Below are positions 11,764 to 25,294 of a DNA stretch of 64,000 bases, in pieces. The notes beneath the pieces were generated by a model. It worked only from the letters and a program-made list of their open reading frames with translations, was not told the DNA's origin and did no database searches. Position numbers and translations under genes: made by a program. The number at the start of each line of letters is the position of its first letter. The stretch's first letter is position 1. Source of the stretch: Octopus sinensis (Eukaryota). The stretch lies in contig NC_043009.1 of assembly GCF_006345805.1 (NCBI RefSeq), positions 42,780,001 through 42,844,000 of the forward strand, written 5' to 3'.

Positions 11764-12179
11764 AATTATAACGACCTCACTATTCGCAGGGCGAATACTT
11801 CACCAGATATTTCGCTTTAATCGCCGATATTTAACAGGTTCTACTGAAAGTTCTCGGTAAATATACAAATCTTATTACTAGAACACCCGTAATGCGTGTG
11901 TATACACGATTTAAAATCCATAAATGTGTTGGACTGTAAAAGTGTTATGCATTATAAAGCCATTTGGTTCCCCGTTCTGTATAGACTTCATCGTTCTAAA
12001 TCTGCTGCTACCGAACGTTGTAACTTCTTCGTCTACAACGATATCAGAACATATCTGATGAGGCTGTTATAAAAGCTATAAACGACTTCAAGTATTTATT
12101 TGCTTGACATGAGATATTAGGAAACAAACCATATTGTCCGTTGGAAATAATAGAAAATTCCACTTGCACAGTCTCTCAT

Positions 12180-12182
12180 TCA

Positions 12183-12229
<47 letters not shown>

Positions 12230-12590
12230 TCTCTCTTATACACACTTCTCTCACTCTTTCTCTCTTCCAAACAATACGCTTCTCTGTCTCACATGCATAC
12301 ATACTGTCTCCTATACATTCCCTCTCTCTCTCAATCACACAAACTCTCCCCTACATAAATTTCCTTCTCTCTCTCTCTCTCTCTCTCTTTCGTTCTCCTG
12401 CATACACCCTTCCTTCTCTTTCTTTCTCTCTCTGTCTCTTTCATTCTCCTACATACATCCTTCCTTCTCTTTCTTTCTCTCTCTGTTTCTTTCATTCGCC
12501 TACATACACCCTTTCTTCTCTCTCTTTTTTCTCTCTCTCTCTCTCACACACATACATACACACACTCTCTCTCTCTCTCTCACACACACA

Positions 12591-12661
<71 letters not shown>

Positions 12662-12671
12662 CACACACACT

Positions 12672-12718
<47 letters not shown>

Positions 12719-12740
12719 CTCTCTCTCTCTCTTTCTCTTT
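12180..12740. repeat. compound (CT)n/(CA)n microsatellite block
   Basis: Direct inspection. Confidence 0.95.
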
Positions 12741-13489
12741 GTTCGATACATCTTCCTCCCCTCCCCACCATTTGCTTCTCTATTTATACACTTCTTGTTC
12801 TGAGCCAAACATCGATTCTATTTTATCATCTCTCTCTTACTCTGTCTCACTTTCTCTCTCTGTCTTTTCTCTCTCTCTCTCTCTTTCTCTCTTCGCTCTT
12901 CTCTTTTTCATGATCTCACAAGAAGGCCTCTATGTGATTGCTGAATCTCATAGAAATAGCAAACGAATCTCCATATCACATCCCTGCATTCTAAATAAGA
13001 ATACACACACTAGATGGTGTTGTCCTAGGCATAACACAGAAGCGAGACTGGAGAGTCCTGGAAAGATTACCTATGATCACAGGCCGTCTCATTCAGAACC
13101 CAGGGTTAAACAACAACAACAACAAAAACAAAAACAAATATGTCTTGAAAACGGGCAGAATTTCATAGAAGAATTCCACAAAAGCTTGTCTGTGACCCTT
13201 GCCAAAATGCAGAATCGTCTAACCAGTACTATAGGCCTCTGAGCAAATCAATGCGCTGGCCCTACGGTGTTTATTGACAGGAAGTCACCGCTTACATAAG
13301 CCATAACTGGGACCCTAGCTCCACGAAGCTCCTGCCAAGTGTGCCCATTTTTTAAAACGGCACTGCCAAAAGTGCGGTGGTAACCAATGTTTTTCTTGTT
13401 GTTTTGCTCCAGTCCAGTCCTGACCCCTCGAACCAATGAACAAATATTGGGTTCTCAGATAAATTCGCTCGTTTCTTACCAATGTCATT

Positions 13490-13625
13490 GTACTCAAGAC
13501 CCGGTGACTTCTACTGTCAAGGCATTGATAAGATGAATATTGACAAAAAGTATTAACAAACCGGTGGAGTTGGTGACAAACATTGACAAACTGGTGGAAT
13601 GGTAACATGAAGGAGAATATATTAC
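13490..13625 (+). mobile_element. mariner transposase C-terminal relic
   Basis: gacttctactgtcaaggcattgataag (DFYCQGIDK) ... aaccggtgg ... ggagaatatatt (GEYI) resembles the mariner FY..GI.KL..RW.K.....GEY C-terminus; degraded. Confidence 0.5.
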
Positions 13626-13734
13626 TCTGTGTGACACGAATTTTGTCCTTGAGCAGCACCTGTTATTTTTCTATTTGTTTACCCCTAGAAAGTATAAAAA
13701 TGGCTAATACTTCATTCAAACTTTGCTACTGTTG

Positions 13735-13905
13735 CATTTATTCAAACCCCCAAAGAATCCCTCTCAAAACATAGCTATGATGCTCCCCTACTACTCCTGC
13801 TCACTATCAGATATGCCCATATTGTCAGCCACTAAGGAACTTGCTGAAGAGGCTAAGGATAAGCAACTACAAGTAAATCTGTGGTACTGAGCAGGGTATT
13901 TGCTA
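13735..13905 (-). mobile_element. partial diverged copy of the about 550-bp repeat at 48028-48581
   Basis: ttattcaaac.ccaaagaatccctctcaa..cat.gctatgatgctcccc...cagccactaagg shared with 48311-48480. Confidence 0.8.
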
Positions 13906-14443
13906 TAACGATATTTCTGCTTCAGCAACTCAGCGCTGAATCTGTCTAAAATGTAATGGGAAATTGGTCAGTTTTAAAACATTATGGTTCAGGTCACAAA
14001 ACCAAAGTTTGAAGGGAATGATAGTCAGTTTCTTTGATTTCTAGATAACAACAAATAAGATATAATATCTACAAACCAAAGACAAAAAAATTAAGTTGTT
14101 ACACAATATTATTGTTTGATTTCTTAAAATTCTTGAGAGAAATATGAGGATGAAAATAAATGAGAGAAAAATCGAACGAATCTGTCTGATAACCAACATA
14201 TTCCAGCCATTACTACATTAAATTTGAATCCTTAAACATTTTACCTGACTTAAATGATATTGAAAAATGACGAGAATTATGTACGTAATCTGATTTTTCG
14301 GAATTTGGGGTAGCTTAATTGTCGCAAACATCTTTAAATTTATTCAAACTCTTCTTATTTACGTTAATATATTTGTAATGAGTTGGGAAAGAATTACGAG
14401 CTTTGAGTAGTGTATCTTTTCATAATTAATATCTTTACTTCTA

Positions 14444-15064
14444 AGGCGGCGAGCTGGCAGAAACGTTAGCGCGCAGGGCGATATGCTTAGTGGTATTTCG
14501 TCTGTCTTTATGTTCTGAGTTCAAATTCCGCCGAAGTCAACTTTGCATTTTATCCTTTCGGGGTCAATAAATTAAGTACCTGTTATGCACAGGGGTCGAT
14601 TTAATCGACTTAATCTCTTGTCTGTCCTTGTTTGTCTCCTCTATGTTTAGCCCCTTGTGGGCAATAAAGAAATAAGAAACGTTAGTACGCCGGGCGAAAT
14701 GCTTAGCGGTATTTCGTCTGCTGCTACGTTCTGAGGTCAAATTCCGCCGAGGTCGACTTTGCCTTTCATCCTTTCGGGAGTCGATTAAATAAGTACCAGT
14801 TACGCACTGGGGTCGATATAATCGACTTAATCCGTTTGTCTGTCCTTGTTTGTCCTCTCTGTGTTTAGCCCCTTGTAGGTAGTAAAGAAATAGGTATTTC
14901 GTCTGTCTTTACGTTCTGAGTTCAAATTCTGCCGAAGTCGACATTGCCTTTCATCCTTTCGGGGTCAATAAATTAAGTACCAGCTGCGTACTGGGGTCGA
15001 TCTAATCGACTGGCTCCCTTCCCCAAAAATTAATTTTGCGCCTTGTACCTAGAGCAGAAAAGAA
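14444..15064 (+). mobile_element. family-N SINE trimer (junction at head position about 18 at 14677 and about 46 at 14894; terminal tail B)
   Basis: Three cores in tandem, single full head. Confidence 0.9.
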
Positions 15065-15350
15065 TATCTTTAATTCTTCAAAGAAATAAGATGTATAACA
15101 ACGAAATTGGGATGAAGGAGAACAAGAAACACTGCAAGGTGCAAAGTACAAGAAGTGTAAAGTAGCGGGGATAAGATGTAAGATGGATATATTGTTACTG
15201 ATGAGGTGAAATAATTTTGGTAAACAATTTAATCAATTAATCAGGTTCACATTTAATTAACTAATTATCTGATTAATTGCTAATGAAACTGAAATTAAGT
15301 ACAATCAATGTGTATGACCCGCCTAATGTACAATATTCATTGCAATACAA

Positions 15351-15565
15351 AGGCGGCAAGCTGGCAGAGTCGCTAGCATGGTGGGTATAATGCTTAGCAG
15401 CATTTCGTCCGTCTTTGCATTCTGAGTTCAAATTCCGCGGAGGTCGACTTTACCTTTCATCCATTAAGGGTTGATAAAATAAATATCCGTTGAGTACTGG
15501 GGTCCGTGTAATCGACTTATCTCAGACCCTAACTTGCTGGCTTTGTGCCAAAATTTGAAACCAAT
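15351..15565 (+). mobile_element. family-N SINE, tail C
   Basis: ggcggcaagctggcagag head, core, gctggctttgtgccaaaatttgaaaccaat tail. Confidence 0.8.
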
Positions 15566-15990
15566 ATTTATTTCAACACACGATTTCACAATAGGAATCC
15601 TATAAGGCAAATGCAAAAGCGGAATAAATTTAAACCGTTAATCTTATTTAGTATCCATTTTGGTATATTATGCTACACAGTTAAAGATGGTGATAAACCT
15701 ACTTTTGTCATTAGATCGTTACCACTGGATTTCTCTCCTTACCATTAATAGATACAGTAAAGTCGATAAGGTCACTTATATTGTAAATGAGAAAATAAAT
15801 ACGGTTTTGTGAACAGCAGATATAAATATATCTTTTCCCCCACCAGTTGCTGTTAAGATCTTTAAAGGCAGAAGACAAAACCTTGAGTGTCTTCTGCCTT
15901 TAAAGATTAGATTTGTTTTTCGATGTTTGTCGTTTTTGATGTTTAGCCCTCGGCCAACTCCGGTCTATGATCAAAAGTATTCCAACAATA

Positions 15991-16406
15991 CTCTTACTCT
16001 TTACTCTTTTACATGTTTCAGTCATTTGACTGCGGCCATGCTGGAGCACCGCCTTTAGTCGAGCAAATCGATCCCGGGACTTATTCTTTGTAAGCCCAGT
16101 ACTTATTCTATCGGTCTCTTTTGCTGAACCGCCAAGTGACGGGGACGTAAACACACCAGCATCGGTTGTCAAGCAATGCTAGGGGTACAAAGACAGACAC
16201 ACAAACACATACACATACATACATATACATATATATACATATATACGACAGGCTTCTTTCAGTTTCCGCCTACCAAATCCACTCACAAGGCATTGGTCGG
16301 CCCGGGGCTACAGCAGAAGACACTTGCCCAAGATGCCACGCAGTGGGACTGAACCCGGAACCGTGTGGTTGGTTAGCAAGCTACTTATCACACAACCACT
16401 CCTGTG
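15991..16406 (-). mobile_element. family-C SINE, full length
   Basis: Colinear with the 5961-6370 copy. Confidence 0.88.
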
Positions 16407-16772
16407 TTAATTTTCTTTTATTTTCAAGCATTCTATATCTAGAAGTACACCACCTAAATTGCCTTTCGCTTTCATTCTTTAAGACAAAAGGATATAATTA
16501 AGAGAGAATTGGCTGCTATTTCAAGCTGGCCGACAGATTTCGCTAAGGTTGCCTCGTCGGCTTCTTTGGGTTACTCCTTAGTTTATCGTGTAGCTGTTGA
16601 ATTTCTCCCACTCCTCCTCCATTACCCATCATTTCTCTGTGTGTGAAAGCTTTTCTCTCTCCCTCTCCCCCTCTTTCTCTCTCTCCCTCTCCCCCCCTCT
16701 CTCTCTCTCTCAAAGTGTCATAAATTTAAATCTTTTAACTGAAAGTAATAATTGTATTAACAGTCCACTATA

Positions 16773-16941
16773 GGCGTAGGAGTAGCTGTGTGGTAAGTAG
16801 CTTGTTTACCAACAATATGGTTCTGGGTTCAGTCCCACTGCGTGGCACCTTGAGCAAGTATCTTCTACTATAGCCTCGGGCCGACCAAAACCTTGTGAGT
16901 GGATTTAGTGGACGGAAACTGAAAGAAGCCCGCCGTATATA

Positions 16942-17026
<85 letters not shown>

Positions 17027-17247
17027 GTGTGTATGTGTGTGTGCATATGTTTGTCCCCACAACATCGCTTGACAACCAATGCTGGTGTGTTTACGTCCCC
17101 GTAACTTAGCGGTTCGGCAAAAGAGACTGATAGAATAAGTACTAGGCTTACAAAGAATAAGTCCTGGGGTCGATTTGCTCGACTAAAGGCGGTTGCTCCA
17201 GCATGGACACAGTCAAATGACTGAAACGAGTAAAAGAGTAAAAAGAG
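16773..17247 (+). mobile_element. family-C SINE, full length with expanded internal (TA)n
   Basis: ggcgtaggagtagctgtgtggtaag head to gtaaaagagtaaaaagag tail. Confidence 0.88.
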
Positions 17248-18384
17248 TCATTTATTTACAATCTTTTACATTCTAAGTTCAAATCTCGCCGAAGTCAGCT
17301 TTGTTCTCGATCCTTCACTTCCTGGGGGGGTCAACTGAATAAATAAAGTCCTGGGAATCGAAATAATCGAATTATCCCTTCTTCCAAACTTGCTAGCCTC
17401 CTACCTAAATTAGAAATTATTATTTGTGCACCCCTCAAAAGCTGAACATGACAAATGTATTTAGCACTTATTTTGAAATTTAAAAGCATGAAATGCCGTG
17501 AAAAAATAACAAAATAACTCGATGGAGCTCCTAATATTTTTTTACGCCTTGACCAGAGCTAGTAGGTCAATGACCTTAACTTTTTTTTTCCAATCCTCCG
17601 AGACAACTTGGAGAAAAATTTCCTAAGAAAGGGGACATAGCTTGTATGCTTCCTAGAGAGTAGACTCTAGTTGAAGCACCTGTACCCCAGGTCGTGGAGT
17701 TAAAACTTGGGCAGATAGCGTTTTCTATATCTTTTAGCGTCTAGTTTAAGGTAATTACTAATGCAGAATTCCTTATGATATGAAATCAAAACGATTTAAT
17801 AATCCTACGTAGGAATCTTCGCCATCTTGGTAATACAAGAATTACACATTAATTTATTAATTTCCAGGAATTTTATTGCACCGAGTTGCTGTCTTTTTGG
17901 AATGGTAGATGTATACCCCTCTAGATACCCATTTACGAACGCGTGTAAAAGATACATTTACTGATGCTGTAATTTCGCATTTATTAAGGCTATTCTCGAT
18001 ATCCACACAAATAATGGTGCTTAATAAAGATCAAGAAATTAAGACAATCCTTAATAACCAATGGAGTTATAAACACGACAACGAATTACTTACTACGAGA
18101 TTATGGCTTCAGCGAACGTACAAATGGAACTCTATTACGACCAATTAGTTTTGTGTTAAAGGATTTATGTTTAGCTGCGAATCATTGGGCAATTGTTTTA
18201 CGGCTGGTTCTTGATTCAATAAATGAAGAACCCCCACATGAGCCATTCATAAAATTCCTAATCCTTACCTGTAACATTTGTAATAATATCGGGAATATAA
18301 TCAAACAATTTATATAGGATAGAAATTAAATGGTATGATATTCATATGAAGTTATGTACAATAGTGAGTTCGCGACAGAACCAC

Positions 18385-18460
18385 TACATGGTCATCTAAC
18401 ATGTGAGAAATAGCAGCCAAATCGCCTTGAAATCACAACCTAGGGAAGGACACTTTTTTT
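18385..18460 (+). mobile_element. old dispersed repeat (family L: tggtca...ctagaaatagcagccaaatctccctcaaatcacacc-like)
   Basis: Degenerate copies also near 4045, 4945, 7735, 9720, 10510, 12925, 16500(-), 19830(-), 32010, 35330(-), 57945. Confidence 0.6.
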
Positions 18461-19523
18461 GCTTAATTTTTTTTTTAGTCAGGAGAAAAAGTGTAGCATC
18501 CGTAACCTTTTTCAGGGACCTATTGCGGATTGGATAGGAGGGAGGTTGTTATCCTCAAACCGGGAGCACCACGCGATTGCTCGCAACAGGGTGGACACCG
18601 CTAACAGCTCTCAACTTCTGGGTGATGGTGCTAAACCAAGCGATTGTTAATGAAGGCATCGACGGTGTGGTCACGGCTGAAATACATTTTTATCGTCAAT
18701 CTGATTACTCAGGCCACACAACAACATCAGCAACAAATAGCTGTAACAATAAGAGACTGTAACCGGGTTGTTTCGCCAGTGGCATTAATCTTCTTCGATA
18801 GTTTTTTTTTTTTACCAAAATGACTATCTATGTGGTTCACGTCTAGACAATGAAAAATGGTCCTGAATGATTAAGTTCTTTACTTTTAGAGACAACTGAA
18901 CAGACCAAACTTTCAAGGAAGAAATTATGTATTTACAAAAACAGTAGAATTCTAAAGAACTAGTAGCGATGCCGTGTCAGCAAATAGTAAGTAAGAATAA
19001 TTCAAACAATTGGATTTTGCTTTATATCGTTGACAAGAAAAGAAATTTAACGTTTCGAAGAAAATCCTTCATCAAAAAGATAAAGAGAGAAAGGGAGATG
19101 AAAGGAAAGGAGAAGAGGAGAGAGGTAAAGGAGAGAGAGAAGAGAAAAGAAAGAAAGGGAGAGAGGCAGAAAGAGAGAGAGAGCCTATTGTTTAAACATC
19201 CTGCTTTTAGTTTAGCCACTACGAGTTATGAATCCGAATAACGCCAGTTTTGATTTTAACTTATATCCGTTCGAGATCAATAAACTACGTATAGAAATGT
19301 ATTAGACTCAATTCAGTTGATTATATTATCCTTCCTTTACAACAATTGCCTCCGGGTTAAAAGAAATCGTTTTTATTTACGATTCAACGCAATCAGTTCA
19401 AAGCATAACTTTCTCTATTTTTCCCAATTTAGGTTATTGTAAAGAGAAACTGTTAACAGTGGTCTTTTGTTCTTTAATTGTTGCCGTTGTTACAGTTGGT
19501 GGTGGCAGTGTTGCTGATGCTTC

Positions 19524-19554
<31 letters not shown>

Positions 19555-20139
19555 GCTGTTGTTGACGACGACGACGATGATGATGACGATGATGATGATG
19601 ATATTGCTATTGTTGGTGTTGGTGTTACTATTGCATATGTATACACAAGTAGTCAGAAATCAGACTTGAACGAGCAGACTTAATATCAACGTATTTAGGA
19701 CATTAAGTATTTCAAGTATGTTGTGTGTCTCCTGCTGGAGACTTACTTACTTACTTACTTACTTACTGTAAGGGAGATAATCATTTCTAGATAATATTTG
19801 GAGGGATTAGAAGTGTGAATTTGAAAACTGGAGGGTGATTTCAGAAGGATTTAGCTATTATTTCTGACTCATGGTCCCACAAAGTGACATCACTGACAAC
19901 AATAGCAGCAGCAGCAGTAGCAACAACAACAACAACAACAACACGACTAAAACAATAAACAACGTTGCCTCGTCGTTGAAATGCAAATGGCGGTATTGTT
20001 GTTACTGAGTAGATCTGTCATCGAATACATCCCAGTCATGATCATCACGCGTGTTTTTCCAAACTCATGTGGGTGTGTTGTTCTGGGGCTGCTTAAAAGT
20101 AATGAGAGACTTATATGTATATCTATGTAGCTAGCCCAG

Positions 20140-20215
<76 letters not shown>

Positions 20216-20996
20216 ATATATGTATTTATATATAATATGTATATATATGTAAATAAATATATATATATGTATACATGTGTGTTTGTATATATATACATAC
20301 ATATGTACATACGTACGTACGTACATACATACACACATGTAAATACACACATATATATATATACATACGTATGTATAAGTATGCATATATATGTATGTAT
20401 GTATATATATATATATGTGTGTGTGTGTGTATGTGTGTGTATGTGTATGTGTGTGTGTGTGTGTGTGTGTGGTCTTGCATTTCATGGTACCGCACACCTA
20501 ACTGCCATGCACCATATTGTGACAATACAAGGATTGGTGGGATCCCAATGCCTGTGCCTCTTTCTTGGTCTTCTTCAATGGAGTAAGTGCGAGGGAGAAA
20601 GAAAAAGACCCAGCCTTAGTATTATTTTTTCATTCAATCCCCAGAAGGAAGAAAGACAAAATTATCCTGGACAAGGATTGAACTCTGATTGCATATGGCC
20701 GTAAGAATGACCGTAAAAATTTTTGTCCCGACGCTCTAGCAACTCTGCTAATTCGCCACTATTTTACAACTCTGGACTTAGACAAGGGTTTCTTTTGGAG
20801 CCTTTATCTTTCATTAGTAGCTTTAGCATTAGCGAAGGTAGTGGTGGTGGTGGTGGTGATGATGGTGGTGGTGGTGGTTTTGGCGGCGGTAGCGGTAAGG
20901 AGCATGCTGTTAATGTCAGGGGTTGGTATTCATTACTGAAGTATTGTCAAGTAGTGTTAAAGGAGAACATCGAGAAGGAAACAAAACAAATCACAC

Positions 20997-21040
<44 letters not shown>

Positions 21041-21984
21041 CCAACTCACATGCACACACAATGACTCATATATATATATATAAATGTATATGCCTATAGA
21101 TATGTATCTCAATATATGTACACACATACACGCATACACATACGCATACACACTTAGACACACACACACACACAATATACATGTGCACATGCCCAAACAC
21201 GAAATACAAACCACACACACACACAAATACACACACATGTTGAGAAATTAAGAAACTGAGCTTATGTATTGTCTCCTGTTGAATCAGAGAAAATAATGCT
21301 CTCTCCTTCTCTCTCCTTCTCTCTCCCTCACTCTGCCTTTCTCTTTTTTTCTCCTGTAATAAATACCAGCTTTACATGGAATTCTTTTAACGATTCCTCC
21401 AGACAAGAAATGACAGCAAATATATCTTGATAAAAATCTGACCCTTCCGAGGCCATATTTTACCGTTTCTTTTGTTTGTATTTCATTGGAAAGCTTGCTA
21501 TGCTGGTTTACTGGCTTGATGGTTCATTTGGATTGTTAGATGGCGGAGAATTTTGTCTTTTATTTTTGCTTTCTTTTTCTTATTTACAACAAGGATTCCA
21601 TCGACACCAACACTACTATTAACATCATCATTTTCATCATCATCATCATCATCATCATCACGATCGCCATATTTTTTTGTTATTGCAGATTTTCATATCT
21701 CTCTCTCTCTCTCTCTCTCTCTCTATTTTTTTTTTCTTTTCTTTTTGCGTTGAATTTAATCTTTCGTTTTGGAAATGGTTGGAATTTAACGATGGAAGAA
21801 TGTCTATGAAATTGATGTTATTTCTATATCTTCGTGTGTGAAGTCACTGGTATGAAGTGGCGGAGACAATCGCGATAATATGGGTCGAGAAATTGTCGTT
21901 AGTTATAATTCAAGAGAATACCAGGAACAATAACAGAAGAATTTGGATGAGCATTCATGAACAACAGGCTGACTATATATATAT

Positions 21985-22032
21985 GTGCGTGTGTGTATGT
22001 GTGTATATATGTATATATGTTATGTTTGCATA

Positions 22033-22066
<34 letters not shown>

Positions 22067-22124
22067 GCGTGTGTGTGTATGTGTGTGTATATGTATATAT
22101 GTTATGTTTGCATAACACACACAC

Positions 22125-22160
<36 letters not shown>

Positions 22161-22430
22161 GTTTATATGTGCATGCATATATGCGTATTGTATGTGTGTG
22201 TATGTATGTATGTATACACATATATCCATACATGTATATATATATATGCGTGTGTGTGTATGTGTGTATATGTATATATGTTATGTTTGCATAACACACA
22301 CACACACACACATACATACATATATATATATATATGTTTATATGTGCATGCATATATGCGTATTGTATGTGTGTGTATGTATGTATGTATACACATATAT
22401 CCATACATGTATATATATATATATATGCAC
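21985..22430. repeat. higher-order tandem duplication of compound microsatellite units
   Basis: tatatgttatgtttgcataacacac occurs three times; tatgtttatatgtgcatgcatatatgcgtattg...ccatacatg occurs twice. Confidence 0.9.
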
Positions 22431-22500
22431 TCACACACACATACACACACACATGCGAACGTACATACACACACACACACTCACACAAGCAAACATACGA

Positions 22501-22695
22501 CATGCTTAGTAGTATTTCGTCTGGCGCTACGCTCTGAGTTCAAATTCCTCCGAGGTCGACTTTGCCTTTCATCCTTTCGGGATCGATTAAATAAGTACCA
22601 GTTACGCACTGTGGTCGATATAATCGACTTAATCCGTTTGTCTGTCCTTGTTTGTCCTCTCTGAGTTTAGCCCCTTGTGGGTAGTAAAGAAATAG
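22501..22695 (+). mobile_element. family-N SINE, 5'-truncated, tail A
   Basis: Core plus ttagccccttgtgggtagtaaagaaata. Confidence 0.88.
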
Positions 22696-22711
22696 ATATA
22701 TATATTTACAC

Positions 22712-22927
22712 TTTAAGGCGGCGAGCTGGTAGAAACGTTAACACGCCGGGCGAAATGCTTACCGGTATTTCGTCAGCCGCTACTTTCTGAGTTCAAATTC
22801 CGCCGAGGTCGACCTTGCCTTTCATCCTTTCGGAGTCGATAAATTAAGTATCAGTTGTGTACTGGAGTCGATCTAATCGACTGGCCCCTCCCCCAAAATT
22901 TCGAGCCTTGTGCCTAGTGTAGACAAG
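22712..22927 (+). mobile_element. family-N SINE, tail B, with 15-bp TSD
   Basis: tatatatatttacac at 22697-22711 and 22928-22942. Confidence 0.92.
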
Positions 22928-23366
22928 TATATATATTTACACCTATCCACTTCCCACAAGAAAAATCAATCTGAAAGAATCTTTGGGGGGGGGGGGGGAA
23001 TCAATCTGAAATAATCTTTGGGGATTCTTTTTATTGTTATTGCTGTTGTTGTTATTATTATTATAACCCTATCTGCTGGTCCTAGTAGCTAATAAATGAA
23101 ATCATTATTATTATTATTATTATTGTTATTATTGTTGTTATTGCTGTTGCTGTTGTTGTTGTTATTAGTATTAGTATTAGTATTAGTATTATATTATTAG
23201 TATTATTACTATCTAAACTGTAAGACGGAAAAGAATAAAAGCATCTGTTCAGAAATATAAAGTTATTTTGGACAATGAAAGAATATTCTTGGTGGGTGGC
23301 ATTTTCAGTTTGGGGGCAATTTTCATTTTATTTCGCCTTTTTTTAGACCGAATTTTCACAGTTGGC

Positions 23367-23399
<33 letters not shown>

Positions 23400-23582
23400 T
23401 GTATGGGTGTGTATGTACGTACCGCTTGCATAGTTTCGAGCGTATGTATTCATGTAGTCTTCTAAGAAACGGATTGCATGTACCATATCCGCACGTTGTT
23501 GTTTTTTCCTCGTGTTTTTCTCCTTCTTTTTGATTGATTATATATATGTAAGTACGTATAATATATATGTATATATATAGTG

Positions 23583-23620
<38 letters not shown>

Positions 23621-23777
23621 GTAAACTTGAAACCGCCCTACCAATGTATCTAAATTTTCGTGTGTTCTTGACATTAAGGTTCTACGCGAAAACAAATAGA
23701 CATATCAACAAGTATTATAGAAGTGTATATAAACAGTTGCTATGTGCATATATATGGTATATATATATATATTTACA

Positions 23778-23824
<47 letters not shown>

Positions 23825-23828
<4 letters not shown>

Positions 23829-23975
23829 AGAATTCACAAAAAAGCAAAAGACGAAGACAGGTGGTGTTGACAACAAACAGATGTATTAGTTTAACGCTCG
23901 GGAAGTGAAAAAGTCTTTAACGTTTCGACCCTACGCTCTTCCACAGAAAGGAACACAGAAAGAAACAAGGAAAGA
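23825..23975 (-). mobile_element. Penelope-like element terminal fragment carrying a hammerhead-like motif
   Basis: Homologous to 55585-55680/55912-55945 (+); minus strand reads cttt CTGTGGA a gagc gtag ggtc GAAA cg t t aaag; PLE assignment is inferred from this motif. Confidence 0.55.
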
Positions 23976-25121
23976 AAATAAAGAGAGATATATATATATA
24001 TATATAAAGAGAGAATATGTATATATATAATATATATATATATATACACATATATTGTTTATGTATACTTATTTACGAAAAATAAATATAACCGTTTACT
24101 TTTTACGGGTATATTTGAGACGAGATTTTTTTAATCGTATTTTTTCAGTTTTCGTTTCTTAATTACGTTTAGACTACGAACATTATTGCAAATAATTTCT
24201 AATTCATTATAGGGCATTCTTAATGAATAAATATTCCGATCATTTGAATTAATTTGTGTAATACGAGGTCCATCTCTGGCCGGTTATCATGCACGCCTTC
24301 ACAAACACTCACACACGGCCACATTCACACACATGCATAGTTAGTGAAAACACAAAATTTAATTATTTCTACTGCTGTTTCAACGTTTAAAATACAAACA
24401 TCACTACCCAGATAATTAACGCGTGATAAGCATAACGATACATAATTGATTTCAATATGAAAGAGCATCCGTGAAATCTTTGCTTGTTTACTGATCTTAA
24501 ATATGATGCTCTGGGCAATTGTTTTGCAGCCAATTCACTCTCTTTATAATTACTGTATTATAATAAGATACGTGTGCTCAACGTTATATTAACCGTTTAG
24601 TGAATATATTTTATAGTAGTTAAATACTGTGACTATGCAAACACACAATCCCATATGTGTATACATAAATGTGAGTAGTAGTAGTAGTAGTAGTGTAGTA
24701 GTGTATAGTAGTAGTAGTAGTAGTAGTAAGTAGAAGAATAAGCATATATATATATGCCATATATATATATATAGATAGATAGATACATAGAAATAGATAC
24801 AGAAGAGATCAGATAGATGATAGATAGATAGATGATAGATAGATGATAGATAGATAGATAATAGGATAGATATATAGATAGATAGGTAGGTAGGTAGGTA
24901 GGTAGGTAGGTAGGTAGGTAGGTAGGTAGGTAAGTAGGATGGTAGGTAGAAAGAAGATATAATAATCATAATAATAATAAAAATACTTTCTATTATAGGC
25001 ACAAGGCCTGAAATTGCGGGGGAGGGCGCTAGTCGATTACAGCGACCCCAGTGCGTAACTGGTACTTATTTAATCGAACCCAAAATGAGGAAAGGCAAAG
25101 TCAGCCTCAGTAATAACGATG

Positions 25122-25193
<72 letters not shown>

Positions 25194-25294
25194 TGATGAT
25201 GATGGTGAGGAGGAGGAGGAGGAGGAGGATGAAGTTCAAGGACAGTGAAGAAGAGGTGAGAGATGATGAGATTTGTAGGAAGGAGAGAACGCAC

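Noticed and set aside
12055-12095. CTGATGA-containing hammerhead candidates at about 12056, 15198, 40283, 52714, 63265(-) and a permuted one at 34590-34630
   Set aside because: Each lacks GAAA, stem I or a valid stem III/NUH; at best decayed relics
18013-18320. About 100-codon ATG-less open frame (NGVINTTTNYLLRDYGFSERTNGTLLRP...) and the overlapping 17909-18148 ORF with a faint Cys-loop receptor resemblance
   Set aside because: No convincing acceptor or donor and no recognisable motif; compatible with chance
19741-19768. (ACTT)n, which reads as tandem GTAAGT donor sites on the minus strand
   Set aside because: Simple tetranucleotide microsatellite with no upstream exon candidate
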